From Candidatus Bathyarchaeia archaeon (GTDB taxonomy: Archaea; Thermoproteota; Bathyarchaeia; Bathyarchaeales; Bathycorpusculaceae), in contig JAVZLQ010000003.1 of the NCBI GenBank assembly GCA_038883655.1, forward strand, positions 96,001 to 160,000: a stretch of 64,000 bases of DNA, given 5' to 3'. A program made the position numbers and the translations under genes. This document shows, piece after piece, positions 11,071 through 20,611 of the stretch; the first letter of the stretch is position 1; each line of letters starts with the position of its first letter. The notes below the pieces were generated by a model that saw nothing but the letters and a program-made list of their open reading frames with translations, was not told where the DNA came from and searched no databases.

Positions 11071-12042
11071 ATGAAAAAATCACATATAGCAATAATATCG
11101 CTGGCAATGTTGTGCATTTCTTTTGTCGCGCCAGTAAGCGCAGGCATAACTAGCCCCCCGACATGGATAAAACCAGTGTGGAAGAATAAGACGGGTCTTA
11201 GTGCTGACCCGTTTTTGGGGGACGTTTCAGTAGCTTACATTGAAAATACAACATGGACACTAAACATTTGGGTTAAAAATACTGAACGCAATGCAACCGG
11301 GCACCCGGTGGACATAACAGTTAAAAACATTGCAGTGTGGTTTGACTGGAACAAGTTTTACAACACAACAATAAACGTTCTAATAAAATTCAATGACGAA
11401 TACTTATTCACTGTTAGCAACACAACGGAGTCAACAACAATCGCTTCGAACTTCTTCACTCACAGATACAGAATTTACATAGAATTTGAATACACAACCG
11501 TAAGTGGAGGCGTACCAGCAACCATAAAAGGCTCATGGACCTATGATGGTGACCGATTCGCAGTTTTAACACAAGCACAATTTAACGCCTCACAAGCTTC
11601 TTGGGAATACTCATTCCTAAAGAACACGGTAAGCACTTATGTTGCTAGTTATGCTGAATCTTACAGCCTTTACGTCCAAGCGGAAACAGAGGCAAACACA
11701 GCGCTTTATTACTATACACAAGGCGAGTTCAACGCCTCATTACAACATTATCAAACGGCAATAAACTTGATAAAACAAGCATGGACGGTCTACGTAGGCA
11801 TAAAAGCTGAATACGACGAAAATAAGCTGAACAAGGATAAAGCTGAGGCAAACAAACTTCAAGCAGAAGCAAACGCGCTGAACGCAAATGCCACAGCAAG
11901 ATTGATTGAGGCGAATGCGCTTGCACAAGCCATGGTTATAAACGCTGTGGCGCTTGCAATCTTTGGGCTAGGCTTCATGTTCTTCGGCATCGCAGCAATC
12001 GTTTATGCGTGGAGAAAGCCAAAGGCGCCAGCGCAAACATAA
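11071..12042 (+). CDS. Hypothetical secreted, C-terminally membrane-anchored (glyco)protein
   Basis: Signal peptide, several N-x-S/T sequons, beta-rich N-domain, helical/coiled-coil region, C-terminal TM followed by WRKPK. Confidence 0.75.
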   Translation: MKKSHIAIISLAMLCISFVAPVSAGITSPPTWIKPVWKNKTGLSADPFLGDVSVAYIENTTWTLNIWVKNTERNATGHPVDITVKNIAVWFDWNKFYNTTINVLIKFNDEYLFTVSNTTESTTIASNFFTHRYRIYIEFEYTTVSGGVPATIKGSWTYDGDRFAVLTQAQFNASQASWEYSFLKNTVSTYVASYAESYSLYVQAETEANTALYYYTQGEFNASLQHYQTAINLIKQAWTVYVGIKAEYDENKLNKDKAEANKLQAEANALNANATARLIEANALAQAMVINAVALAIFGLGFMFFGIAAIVYAWRKPKAPAQT

Positions 12043-12121
12043 GCTGCGCGCTTTTTAAATCCCAAATTTTTTATTTTTAAGATTTCTCAAACAGAACAAG
12101 TGCTGTCAGGAGAAAAATGAC

Positions 12122-12718
12122 TTGAATATTGAATTTGAAGTTCCAACGTGGAATCTAATATACAAAATGCTGTTGAACCTCGCTGAAAAAATAAGAAAAG
12201 ACGGGTTCAAACCAGACGTAATTGTTGGGGTATCACGCGGAGGTTGGCCGCCGGCAAGAGTCCTATCAGACCTATTGGACAACCCGAACATTGCCAACGT
12301 CAAGGCTGAATTCTATTTGGGTGTGGCTGAAACAAAGGGCGAGCCTGTCTTGACACAGCCTGTTTCCGTAGATGTTGCGGGTAAAAAGGTGCTTGTTGTT
12401 GATGAAATTGCGGATACGGGTAAAAGCTTGAAGGTTGTTAAGGAGCACTTGCTAGCGAATGGTGCAAAGGAAGTTAAAATTGCCACGGTATATTATAAGC
12501 CCTGGAGCATAGTGAAACCAGACTACTACGAAAGGGAAACACGGTGCTGGGTTGTCTTTCCATGGGAAACGAAGGAAACTGTTAAAAAAATTGTTAAGAA
12601 GTGTAGGGAAACTGGAAAGCCCATTGACAGCGAGATTACAAAGCTTATCGCGGCTGGAGCGCGGAAAAGCCTTGTCAAAAAATTTTTAAAAGAAGCGCTT
12701 AGGGAAGAAAATTGTTAA
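12122..12718 (+). CDS. Type I (purine) phosphoribosyltransferase
   Basis: VSRGG and PRPP loop VLVVDEIADTGKSL; WVVFPWE. Confidence 0.88.
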   Translation: MNIEFEVPTWNLIYKMLLNLAEKIRKDGFKPDVIVGVSRGGWPPARVLSDLLDNPNIANVKAEFYLGVAETKGEPVLTQPVSVDVAGKKVLVVDEIADTGKSLKVVKEHLLANGAKEVKIATVYYKPWSIVKPDYYERETRCWVVFPWETKETVKKIVKKCRETGKPIDSEITKLIAAGARKSLVKKFLKEALREENC

Positions 12719-13272
12719 AATATGTTGAAGAATTCGGAAAATACGTGCTTATTGCTGGTTTGAAGGGCGCAAAAATTGAGGATACAGAAAAGTTTCTAAA
12801 AAGATTCAGCAAAGAAAACCTCGTGGAGATTCAATTTTTTAATGCATGCTTTGTTGCTGGTTGGCAACACGTGTACTTCGCAGTTTTGAATGCACTAACA
12901 GCCTTCAAGAACAAGCGTAACATTTCAAAAAACTTGGCTATTGAAACAATTCTTTATGCGTCGGCGCAACGCCAGATCAGAAAGGCGTTGGAAAATCTTG
13001 GAATCAAGCCTAAAACCATGGAATTAGCGCTGATAATAGTAGGAGAGGAGCCGAGAACGTTAAAATCTGCTTTGAACGCAATAATACGCGCTGCCAAAGC
13101 AAAAAGAGACGACACGGTTCTCGAGTTGACGGATGAAAAAATTGCTGGTATACGGAAAATCTTTGGAATTTCAGATTTGGAACTCGAAGCGGTCATGAAG
13201 AAGGGCGACCTGAAGAAAGCGCTAGCCGATATTGTGATAGAGCGTATGGCACTTTTGGCAACGCAAGTTTAG
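12712..13272 (+). CDS. cgi121: KEOPS complex subunit Cgi121
   Basis: HVYFAVLNAL..RNISKNLAIETILYASAQRQI..AL..LG, C-terminal IERMALL. Confidence 0.9.
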   Translation: MLKYVEEFGKYVLIAGLKGAKIEDTEKFLKRFSKENLVEIQFFNACFVAGWQHVYFAVLNALTAFKNKRNISKNLAIETILYASAQRQIRKALENLGIKPKTMELALIIVGEEPRTLKSALNAIIRAAKAKRDDTVLELTDEKIAGIRKIFGISDLELEAVMKKGDLKKALADIVIERMALLATQV

Positions 13273-13275
13273 CTT

Positions 13276-13809
13276 TTAAAGAACCTTCTCTTTGATAACG
13301 GCTAAAATGTCATCCGGCTTTATCACGGATATTCCAGTCAAACCGCCAACAACCTCAACTAAAAGTATCTTGTCAGGTTTGTTCAGGTCCACTTTCCGCT
13401 CGATGTTTGCCGCAGCCGCCTCAATAATATCGCGAGTTGAAGTTTCTGTAAACCGCTTTTCCACGGTGACCCTAAAGGTTTCGTTCTCGCTTATTTTTGA
13501 GCTTAGCTCTGTGGCAACCCGCTGGATTTCGCCAAGGTCTGTGCGTACAACTTTCTCGATGGGAATGACCCTAAGAGTGTAACGGAACTCGTATGGGCGT
13601 TCACGCAGGATTTTGCGCAGCTTCTCCACAGCCTCAAACGGGTTCAAAACAGTTTTCACGGCAACCAAGCCAGCGACACCTGTCTTATCAACAACGGGTG
13701 CGGAATCGCCTATTTCACCTAGAAGGTACCAAAGTTCGGAGCAACATTCATCTTCATTGCCTCTTGAAGTTGTAACTAGTAGGTTAAAATCACGAATCAT
13801 GAGTGTCAA
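13276..13809 (-). CDS. Stand-alone THUMP domain RNA-binding protein
   Basis: TFRVTVEKR...VDLNKPDKILLVEVVG THUMP motif. Confidence 0.85.
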   Translation of the reverse strand: MTLMIRDFNLLVTTSRGNEDECCSELWYLLGEIGDSAPVVDKTGVAGLVAVKTVLNPFEAVEKLRKILRERPYEFRYTLRVIPIEKVVRTDLGEIQRVATELSSKISENETFRVTVEKRFTETSTRDIIEAAAANIERKVDLNKPDKILLVEVVGGLTGISVIKPDDILAVIKEKVL

Positions 13810-13869
13810 CCTCTATAGTAACAGTTTCTCTAATGCCTCTTTAACTTTTAAAATAAAGAAGAGGGGAGA

Positions 13870-16800
13870 TTAGGGTTTTGGTTTTAGTTTCCTAATGATT
13901 AAAACGGTCAACGTTACAAGAATTGTTATAGCAAACACTGTAGCCCCAAATGTTGCCCATAAAACCTCGATGCTTAGCGGAAGCTGCTCTTGGACAATCT
14001 TGTTTGCTGCCACTTCGATGCTGCCAACATGTGTTTGTATGCTGGCAACCCCATTTTTTGTTTCAGTGATGTTCCCCATGATTGTGTCTAACAATGTTCT
14101 TATCTCAACGGTTCTATCTGAAACTTGCACTATCGTACCGTTCAGCTGTTCCAGTGTTAGGCTGAGTGAACCAAACTTTGTTCCAACTTCAGCGATTACT
14201 TCGCCTTTTGCATTATTTATTAAGCGTTGGATTCCATCGAGTGCTAAAGTGATGTTGCCTAGCTCAGAAACAATTGTTGCAGTGGAGTTGTTAATTACTT
14301 CAATGTATCCTTGGACTGTTCCAAGTGTTGTTTGAATTTCTATAAGCCTATCAGAAAGTTGCGTAAGAGTCACATTAATCGCATCATTTCCACTCTGAAT
14401 CAGCGCCTTTAGTTCTTCAAAAGAAAGCGTCACCGTGAAGGCTTGAATGCTATACGCAGTTGCGTTAAAGGACGGAAGCGTATAGTAAACTTCAGCCTTC
14501 ACAGACACAAAGTATGTTCCAGGCGTGGATGGCGCTAGAAAACTCACGCGGTACTCTCCCACATTCACACGCTGATAGGACAATGGCACAACTTGCGTGG
14601 GCGTGATCAAGTTTACAGTTAGATTCGCATCGGTTAAAACACCGTTTAACACAACGGCTATCCTAACACTGACGACGTCGCCTGGTTCGTACTGCGTCCC
14701 ACTAGCAATAATAACATTTAGTCTTGACGCGTCTGGAAATGATAAGACAATTTCTTGTCTGAATAGCGCGGAGACTTCTGGCGGCGGTGGCATAGGTCCT
14801 ATGAAAGAGATTATTATGAAGTATTTTCCGGGATTGAATAGTGGAATTGCAAAATCCGTTTCTGCGAAGCCATCCGTAGGTATTGGTATGTACGCGACGC
14901 CCCAGCCGCCAATCGTTAAATAGGCTTCATCTGCAGGTATTATGTTAAGTCCAAAGATTTCAACATGAATCATGGAGCCCGGAGTTGCATTGGGATATTG
15001 TGCAGAGAGTCCGGCAGATATTACGTAGAATCTGGCTTCAACTCCCTTCGCTTTTATTTTGAAAAGCATTAGACCGTTTAGGGTTCTATTGGTGGTTACG
15101 GTTATGCTTGCCTCGCCATTGTAAATTTGGGTCTCAAAAGCGGCTGCGCTTTCATATCCATCCAGGAGGGGGCCAGAAAAGTATGTTTTAACAACTTTTA
15201 CGTTTAGTTTTTCACCTGTCGCGTTAACTCGAATTGTTGCTTCTCTGAACGATTTGAAAATCGGTATTGTGCCATTTGTAATTCCACCCACCTGAATAAA
15301 GTAGCTTGATTCGACTGAAGCGTCAATGTCTAAAGCGTTCACATCATCTATTCTTTCATTGCTGAATGGGTTTTCATAGACTGGAAGTTGTAGTCCAGGG
15401 TCTCCGATGATGTTTAACATGAATATGTTTGCGTAGACATAGTCTAGTATCGTGGGATCGAATAGCGGAACAACCGTGCTAACATATTCTTTTAGCCCTT
15501 CGCTGAATAGTTCGCCTAGGCTTACATTGGTCCGTGTTCCCATAAGCTGATTGTAAGCCTTTAAAATCATCGTATGTAGCATTGTAGCTCCATAGAATTC
15601 AGTGTTCAAAAGTCCTTCATCAAATAAAAAGTATATGCCAACTTCGAATGCTGATCTTGCTGAACCGATGTAGGCTATACCTGCGGCATTAGACATTAAC
15701 AGAGCCTCGCCAAAGCTTGGGACTGGATAGAATGGTGGAGGCAATATACTTTCATCCCAAGCACCATTCATGCAGGCAACGCTGGAAACTACTGGGAGAT
15801 TATTGTTGGAAGCATACGCGTAAAGGTCTGTGATGCTTGCCAATGTTTCAGCGGAAAACGTTGAATCGACTATTATGTAGTCTTCGAGGCTTATGCCTGA
15901 GCCATGACATAGCACAAAAAGCCATCCAGCGCCTCCGTTTCTCAAAATGTTTTGTATGGCACTTCTATTGTAGTTTTCATCTGTGCGCGTCAAAAGGGTT
16001 GTGTTAAACATTTGGTATATCCTTGACGAGTTATGCTTGAAAGCGCTGACTCGCCAAACATGTAGGTGAGACCAAACGGGTATCCGCCGGCCATAAAGAG
16101 GTTTCGCATCCAGTTGGATTGTATCGGAAACGTTGCACTGTACCATGAAAGGATTTTTTGTTAACGACTTTTTGCACACTTGCACTGTCGCTGAATGGTA
16201 TGCGCCCAACCGAACGTTCAGGTATCAGGTCATAATCAGCGCTTGCGTAAAAGTAGTCTGTGGGAATCCATCCTTCCCAAGAATCCATACGGGAAAGGTA
16301 TGCTGATTGATAGTAGAAGCTTGGTGGGACATCCTTAGCACTGCCTACCAATAAAACATTTTTCGGTTTAGTTTGGTTTATGTAAGAGATAATTTTCAAA
16401 GCCAAGGTCCAGTTGTATCTGCTCCTAAGCGTGGAGTATGCTGAATCAGAAGTGAGCGGAGCATAGAAGCCTGGAAATTCTGTGATGTTCTTTGCCGGTG
16501 GATATGTGCTATAAATGTTATCGGTGTTTTCAACTTTTGTAGTAATTCCTAAAGTGGAGTTATAATACTCTGCGAGTGGCTGGACTTTTTCGATTAACCA
16601 TGGAGTTGTGATTATAACCATTTCTTCAGAAGCCTCTTGATATTGCACCAAATTGTACTTAATGAGCACCTTAAAACTTTCAAAAATTGCCAAGTTGTAG
16701 GTTGCTGAATTATACTGCAGAGGATACAAGTGCAAAGTTATAATTGTTTTTCCACTAGATCCATAGCCCACATTATACTTAACTAAGCATCCCGGAAAAT

Positions 16801-17269
16801 ATCTGTTCTGCGCATAAATTTCCCTGTTTTCCTCGTAAACAATTGATTGATTTATTGCCGTTGAGTAATACAATGGTTGATGTGATGGCGCTACTTTACG
16901 TTCAAGGGATTCAACCCTGTACGTCACAGACGTCAAATCAACACTTACGTTTTCTATAACATATTTGTTCGGCAACTCAATGACTTGCACATCATAAGGC
17001 AATGCTGGGTATCCAGGAATGCTTATCCTCGCATCATAGCCTTCAAAGTTCAGAACAATGTATTTGTCAACTCTTTCTTTACTGTAGCCTTCCAGCTTGA
17101 AATTGTAGGAAATTGTTGCATCCGAGTTTTCAGAGAAAGGCCCAACTATCCCCATGCTGTTAAGGATTTCAATGCTTGTTGGTGTGACATTGGAAAAAAC
17201 TGGCGAAATAAAAGCGGAGAAGAGCATCGCCAAAATTATTTTCGCACAAAATTTGCTGTTCTTCTTCAT
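13870..17269 (-). pseudogene. Gingipain-like C25 family cysteine peptidase, surface-anchored, interrupted by frameshift(s) at about 16154-16159 and 16011-16013
   Basis: ORF 16031-17269 has a signal peptide, C25 propeptide (PGYPALP, YPLQYN) and PTDYFYA..VGRIP. ORF 13870-16209 has catalytic CHGSG and VACMNG, IIGDP, Ig-like domains, coiled-coil and a TM anchor. May be a sequencing artefact. Confidence 0.8.
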
Positions 17270-17337
17270 TAACGATTCCCAATTCTATCATAAAGGGCTT
17301 AACATATAAAATAGTGGTGTGAAGAGTTCGTTGAAAA

Positions 17338-17404
17338 ACGGTCAGTGCAGGTTAGTGGCTTTTTCACAGCTTTAGGGCTCTTAGCCGTCGCCTCACATCA
17401 TCCC
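17338..17404 (-). ncRNA. Candidate C/D-box sRNA
   Basis: Minus strand reads GGG-ATGATGT(C)-gaggcgacgg-CTAA(D')-...-GTGAAAA(C')-...-CTGA(D)-CCG; 60 nt C-to-D; intergenic; boxes imperfect. Confidence 0.4.
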
Positions 17405-17438
17405 AAAAGATAAATGCCTACTGCAAAATTTATCTTTT
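17405..17438. promoter_or_regulatory. Perfect 11-bp inverted repeat, possible operator
   Basis: AAAAGATAAAT-N12-ATTTATCTTTT between the divergent C25 peptidase and asparaginase genes. Confidence 0.45.
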
Positions 17439-17520
17439 TTGAATTTGTTAGGACGTTAACCTTAAATTTAAGCGGAACAATTGCACTTGTCTAAAAAGCG
17501 CGGAGGGAGGATACAGGCAC

Positions 17521-18495
17521 GTGTTGAAAAAGGCATCTAGACCCGTCATTGTTGTTCATGGAGGCGCTGGAGCTTGGCATCCAGAACGAAGTCAACATGG
17601 GTTGGAAGGTGTTAAGCGTGCGGCGAAAATTGGCTTTGACATTTTGAGCAGAGGCGGAAGCGCTGTTGATAGTGTCGTAGAGGCTGTTGCGGTTTTGGAG
17701 GATGATGGTTCCTTTAATGCTGGTTATGGCTCAAGCCTGAATATTGAGCGTGAAATCGAGATGGAAGCCTCTGTTATGGATGGAAAAACCCTAAACGCTG
17801 GTGCTGTTGGACTCTTGAGGGATATTAGAAACCCGGTTCGTTTAGCGAGAATAGTTATGGAGAAAACTGACCACGTTTTTGTTGTCGGCGAGGGCGCTGA
17901 AAGACTTGCCAAAATTTATAACCTTGAGAGGAGAAACCCGCTGACGGAGCTTAGGCTAAAGTATTACGAGACGTACAAGAAGGCTTTGCTTGAGGGAAAG
18001 TATGAGTTGCCAAGGCTTCGTGAGCTGGTAAAGAGTTTTCCAGAAATGTTTAAGCTTGAAACTGTTGGGGCGGTTGCCCTAGACAAGGATGGCAATGTTG
18101 CGGCTGCAACCTCAACAGGGGGATTCCCGCTTAAGCTTCCCGGAAGAATCGGCGACTCACCATCAATTGGATGTGGCACCTACGCGGATAACAATTCTGG
18201 AGCCTGTTCAGCCACGGGTGTAGGCGAAATAGCGATAAAGCTTGTTTTGGCAAAGACTGTTTGCAATTACATGGAAAGCGGTAGAACAGCACAAGAGGCT
18301 GTTGAGATGGCGATAAAACTTGTTAATAAGAGGATAGCTGGAGTTTACAATCACATGGGTTTGATTGCCGTTGACGTTTATGGCAGGTTTGGCGCAGCGC
18401 ATAATTCTCCAAATCTCTGCTGGGCTTACGCTACATCGGAAACTTCAGAGCCAGTAGCCTCGCTAACCGCGAAAATGGTGAAGGAAAGTTTGTAG
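17521..18495 (+). CDS. Isoaspartyl peptidase/L-asparaginase (Ntn hydrolase)
   Basis: VVHGGAG, FNAGYGS, autocleavage site E|TVGAVA, ATSTGG, PGRIGDSP. Confidence 0.93.
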   Translation: MLKKASRPVIVVHGGAGAWHPERSQHGLEGVKRAAKIGFDILSRGGSAVDSVVEAVAVLEDDGSFNAGYGSSLNIEREIEMEASVMDGKTLNAGAVGLLRDIRNPVRLARIVMEKTDHVFVVGEGAERLAKIYNLERRNPLTELRLKYYETYKKALLEGKYELPRLRELVKSFPEMFKLETVGAVALDKDGNVAAATSTGGFPLKLPGRIGDSPSIGCGTYADNNSGACSATGVGEIAIKLVLAKTVCNYMESGRTAQEAVEMAIKLVNKRIAGVYNHMGLIAVDVYGRFGAAHNSPNLCWAYATSETSEPVASLTAKMVKESL

Positions 18496-18614
18496 GTTGC
18501 ATGTGAAAGTTTGCTTTAGTGATGCGTTTATCGACAGTTGCCGAAGAAAAATGTTTAAAATGTTGTTGTGCTGCTTCACTACGCACCGACAAAAGTTTGG
18601 GAGGTGAAAATGGA

Positions 18615-18686
18615 ATGCGAGAGGAAGAGGAAGAATGGGAAGAAGACTGGGAAGAAGAGGAAGAGTGGGAAGAGGAAGAATGGTAA
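18615..18686 (+). CDS. Acidic Trp-repeat micro-protein MREEEEEWEEDWEEEEEWEEEEW (23 aa)
   Basis: SD GGAGGTGA at 18600-18607, ATG 7 nt downstream; BRE/TATA-like GAAGAAAAATGTTTAAAA at about 18543-18560; T-rich tract after the stop; mixed GAA/GAG codons. Confidence 0.6.
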   Translation: MREEEEEWEEDWEEEEEWEEEEW

Positions 18687-18804
18687 GCTTTTAAGCTTAT
18701 AGTCTCGTTTTGCTTTTTCTTTCATAAAATTTTCGTTACAATTTTGCCGTTTTTAGGCGCATGTTTATAACCAACAAGTGGTTTCCTTCATTTTCGAGTT
18801 TACG

Positions 18805-20595
18805 ATGACACGCGTAGCGGTGTTGGACGCTGACAAATGTAAACCGAAACGTTGCGGTAGATTATGCTATCGTTTCTGTCCAATCGTTAGAAGCCGCGTT
18901 GAAGCCATTAAATTTGATAACGAAAAGCCAGTAATTGTTGAGTCCCTATGCACTGGATGCGGAATATGCATAAAAAAGTGCCCTTTTAAGGCGATATCCA
19001 TAGTCAACCTTCCAGATGAGTTGGAAAAGGATTGCAGCCACCGCTTTGGAGAAAATACATTCAAACTTTATAGGCTGCCAACACCCTCTGAAGGTGTTGT
19101 TTTGGGATTGCTTGGACAGAACGGCATCGGCAAAACAACAACGCTAAAGATACTTTCTGGCGAGGTAAAACTTAACCTTGGAAGGTACGCTGAACCACCA
19201 GGCTGGGAAGAAATCATCACGCATTTTAGGGGTTCAACGCTTCAGGATTATTTTGCAAAGATGGCTGGTGGAAAACTCAAGGTTGTGCACAAACCGCAGT
19301 ATGTAGATAAAATTTCGAAGGTTGTTTCTGGCAATGTTGGAGAACTCCTAGAAAAAGTGGATGAAAGGGGAAAAATGACAAAATTAGCCGAGCAGCTTGA
19401 ACTGAAACCACTTTGGAACCGCCCACTTGAAGTTTTAAGCGGAGGCGAGCTTCAGCGGGTTGCTGTTGCCGCGGCAATCTGCCGAGAAGCAAACGTTTAC
19501 CTTTTCGACGAACCGTCAAGCTACTTGGATGTGAAGCAGAGGCTTGAGGTAGCCAAAGCAATAAGAAGTTTGAAAGACGATGGGAAAACAATAATTGTTG
19601 CAGAACATGACCTCGCCGTAATCGATTACCTTTCAGACCAAATATGCATATTTTATGGGGAGCCGGGCGTTTACGGCGTGGTTTCAAACGTTCACGGCGT
19701 ACGAGTGGGCATAAACATTTACTTGCAGGGTTATATTCCAGACGAGAATGTTCGCTTTAGAAAGGAATCGATAATTTTCCATGAGAAGCCGCCAACGGTG
19801 AGCTTCGGCGTCGGCGAAACAATGCTGAAATGGGATAGAATTGAAAAAACTTATGAGGGGTTTAGGCTCGTTGCTAATGCTGGCGAAGTAAAACGCGGAG
19901 AAATCATCGGTATTCTGGGGCCCAACGGTATAGGCAAGACAACATTCATTAAGATTCTCGCTGGAATCGAGGAGGCTGACGATGGCAAAAAGTTCGACAC
20001 GCTTAAAGTGAGTTATAAGCCGCAGTACATATCTGCCGAGTATGAAGGAACGGTCCAAGAACTTCTAATAAGCGTGGCAAAAGAGAATTTCAATTCAAGC
20101 TGGTACAGAACGGAGATAATTAATCCTTTAAAACTGGATTTCCTCTTTGACAGAAAAGTCAATGAACTAAGCGGAGGCGAACTACAGAAAGTAGCCATAG
20201 CAACATGTCTATCAAGGCAAGCGGAGCTTTACTTGCTTGATGAGCCAAGCGCATACTTAGATGTTGAAGAAAGGCTGAACATGGCTAGGGCGGTCCGCAG
20301 AGTCGTTGAAAACTACAACGCAACAGCCTTTGTAGTCGAGCATGACGTTGTTGCCCAAGACTTTATCGCAGACCGCCTAATGGTGTTCACAGGAGAACCG
20401 GGCGTTAGAGGCTTTGCAAATTCGCCGACAACTCTAAGAGACGGCATGAACACGTTCTTGAAGGAGATGGGCGTTACTTTCAGAAGAGACCCAGCGACTA
20501 GGAGACCAAGAGTTAACAAGGAAGGCTCGAAGCTTGACAAATTTCAAAAGGAGATCGGAGAATACTATTATGTTCGTTCGTTGGATAAAGAGTGA
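18805..20595 (+). CDS. rli: Ribosome recycling ATPase ABCE1/RLI
   Basis: N-terminal FeS domain (CKPKRC..C..CP; CTGCGICIKKCP) and two NBDs (GQNGIGKT, GPNGIGKT, LSGGELQ). Confidence 0.97.
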   Translation: MTRVAVLDADKCKPKRCGRLCYRFCPIVRSRVEAIKFDNEKPVIVESLCTGCGICIKKCPFKAISIVNLPDELEKDCSHRFGENTFKLYRLPTPSEGVVLGLLGQNGIGKTTTLKILSGEVKLNLGRYAEPPGWEEIITHFRGSTLQDYFAKMAGGKLKVVHKPQYVDKISKVVSGNVGELLEKVDERGKMTKLAEQLELKPLWNRPLEVLSGGELQRVAVAAAICREANVYLFDEPSSYLDVKQRLEVAKAIRSLKDDGKTIIVAEHDLAVIDYLSDQICIFYGEPGVYGVVSNVHGVRVGINIYLQGYIPDENVRFRKESIIFHEKPPTVSFGVGETMLKWDRIEKTYEGFRLVANAGEVKRGEIIGILGPNGIGKTTFIKILAGIEEADDGKKFDTLKVSYKPQYISAEYEGTVQELLISVAKENFNSSWYRTEIINPLKLDFLFDRKVNELSGGELQKVAIATCLSRQAELYLLDEPSAYLDVEERLNMARAVRRVVENYNATAFVVEHDVVAQDFIADRLMVFTGEPGVRGFANSPTTLRDGMNTFLKEMGVTFRRDPATRRPRVNKEGSKLDKFQKEIGEYYYVRSLDKE

Positions 20596-20611
20596 ATGTG
20601 TGTGAAATTTT

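Noticed and set aside
18615-18686. GAAGAG/TGGGAA repeats as a CRISPR array or microsatellite
   Set aside because: No spacers or fixed unit length; the variation is synonymous in the Glu/Trp frame
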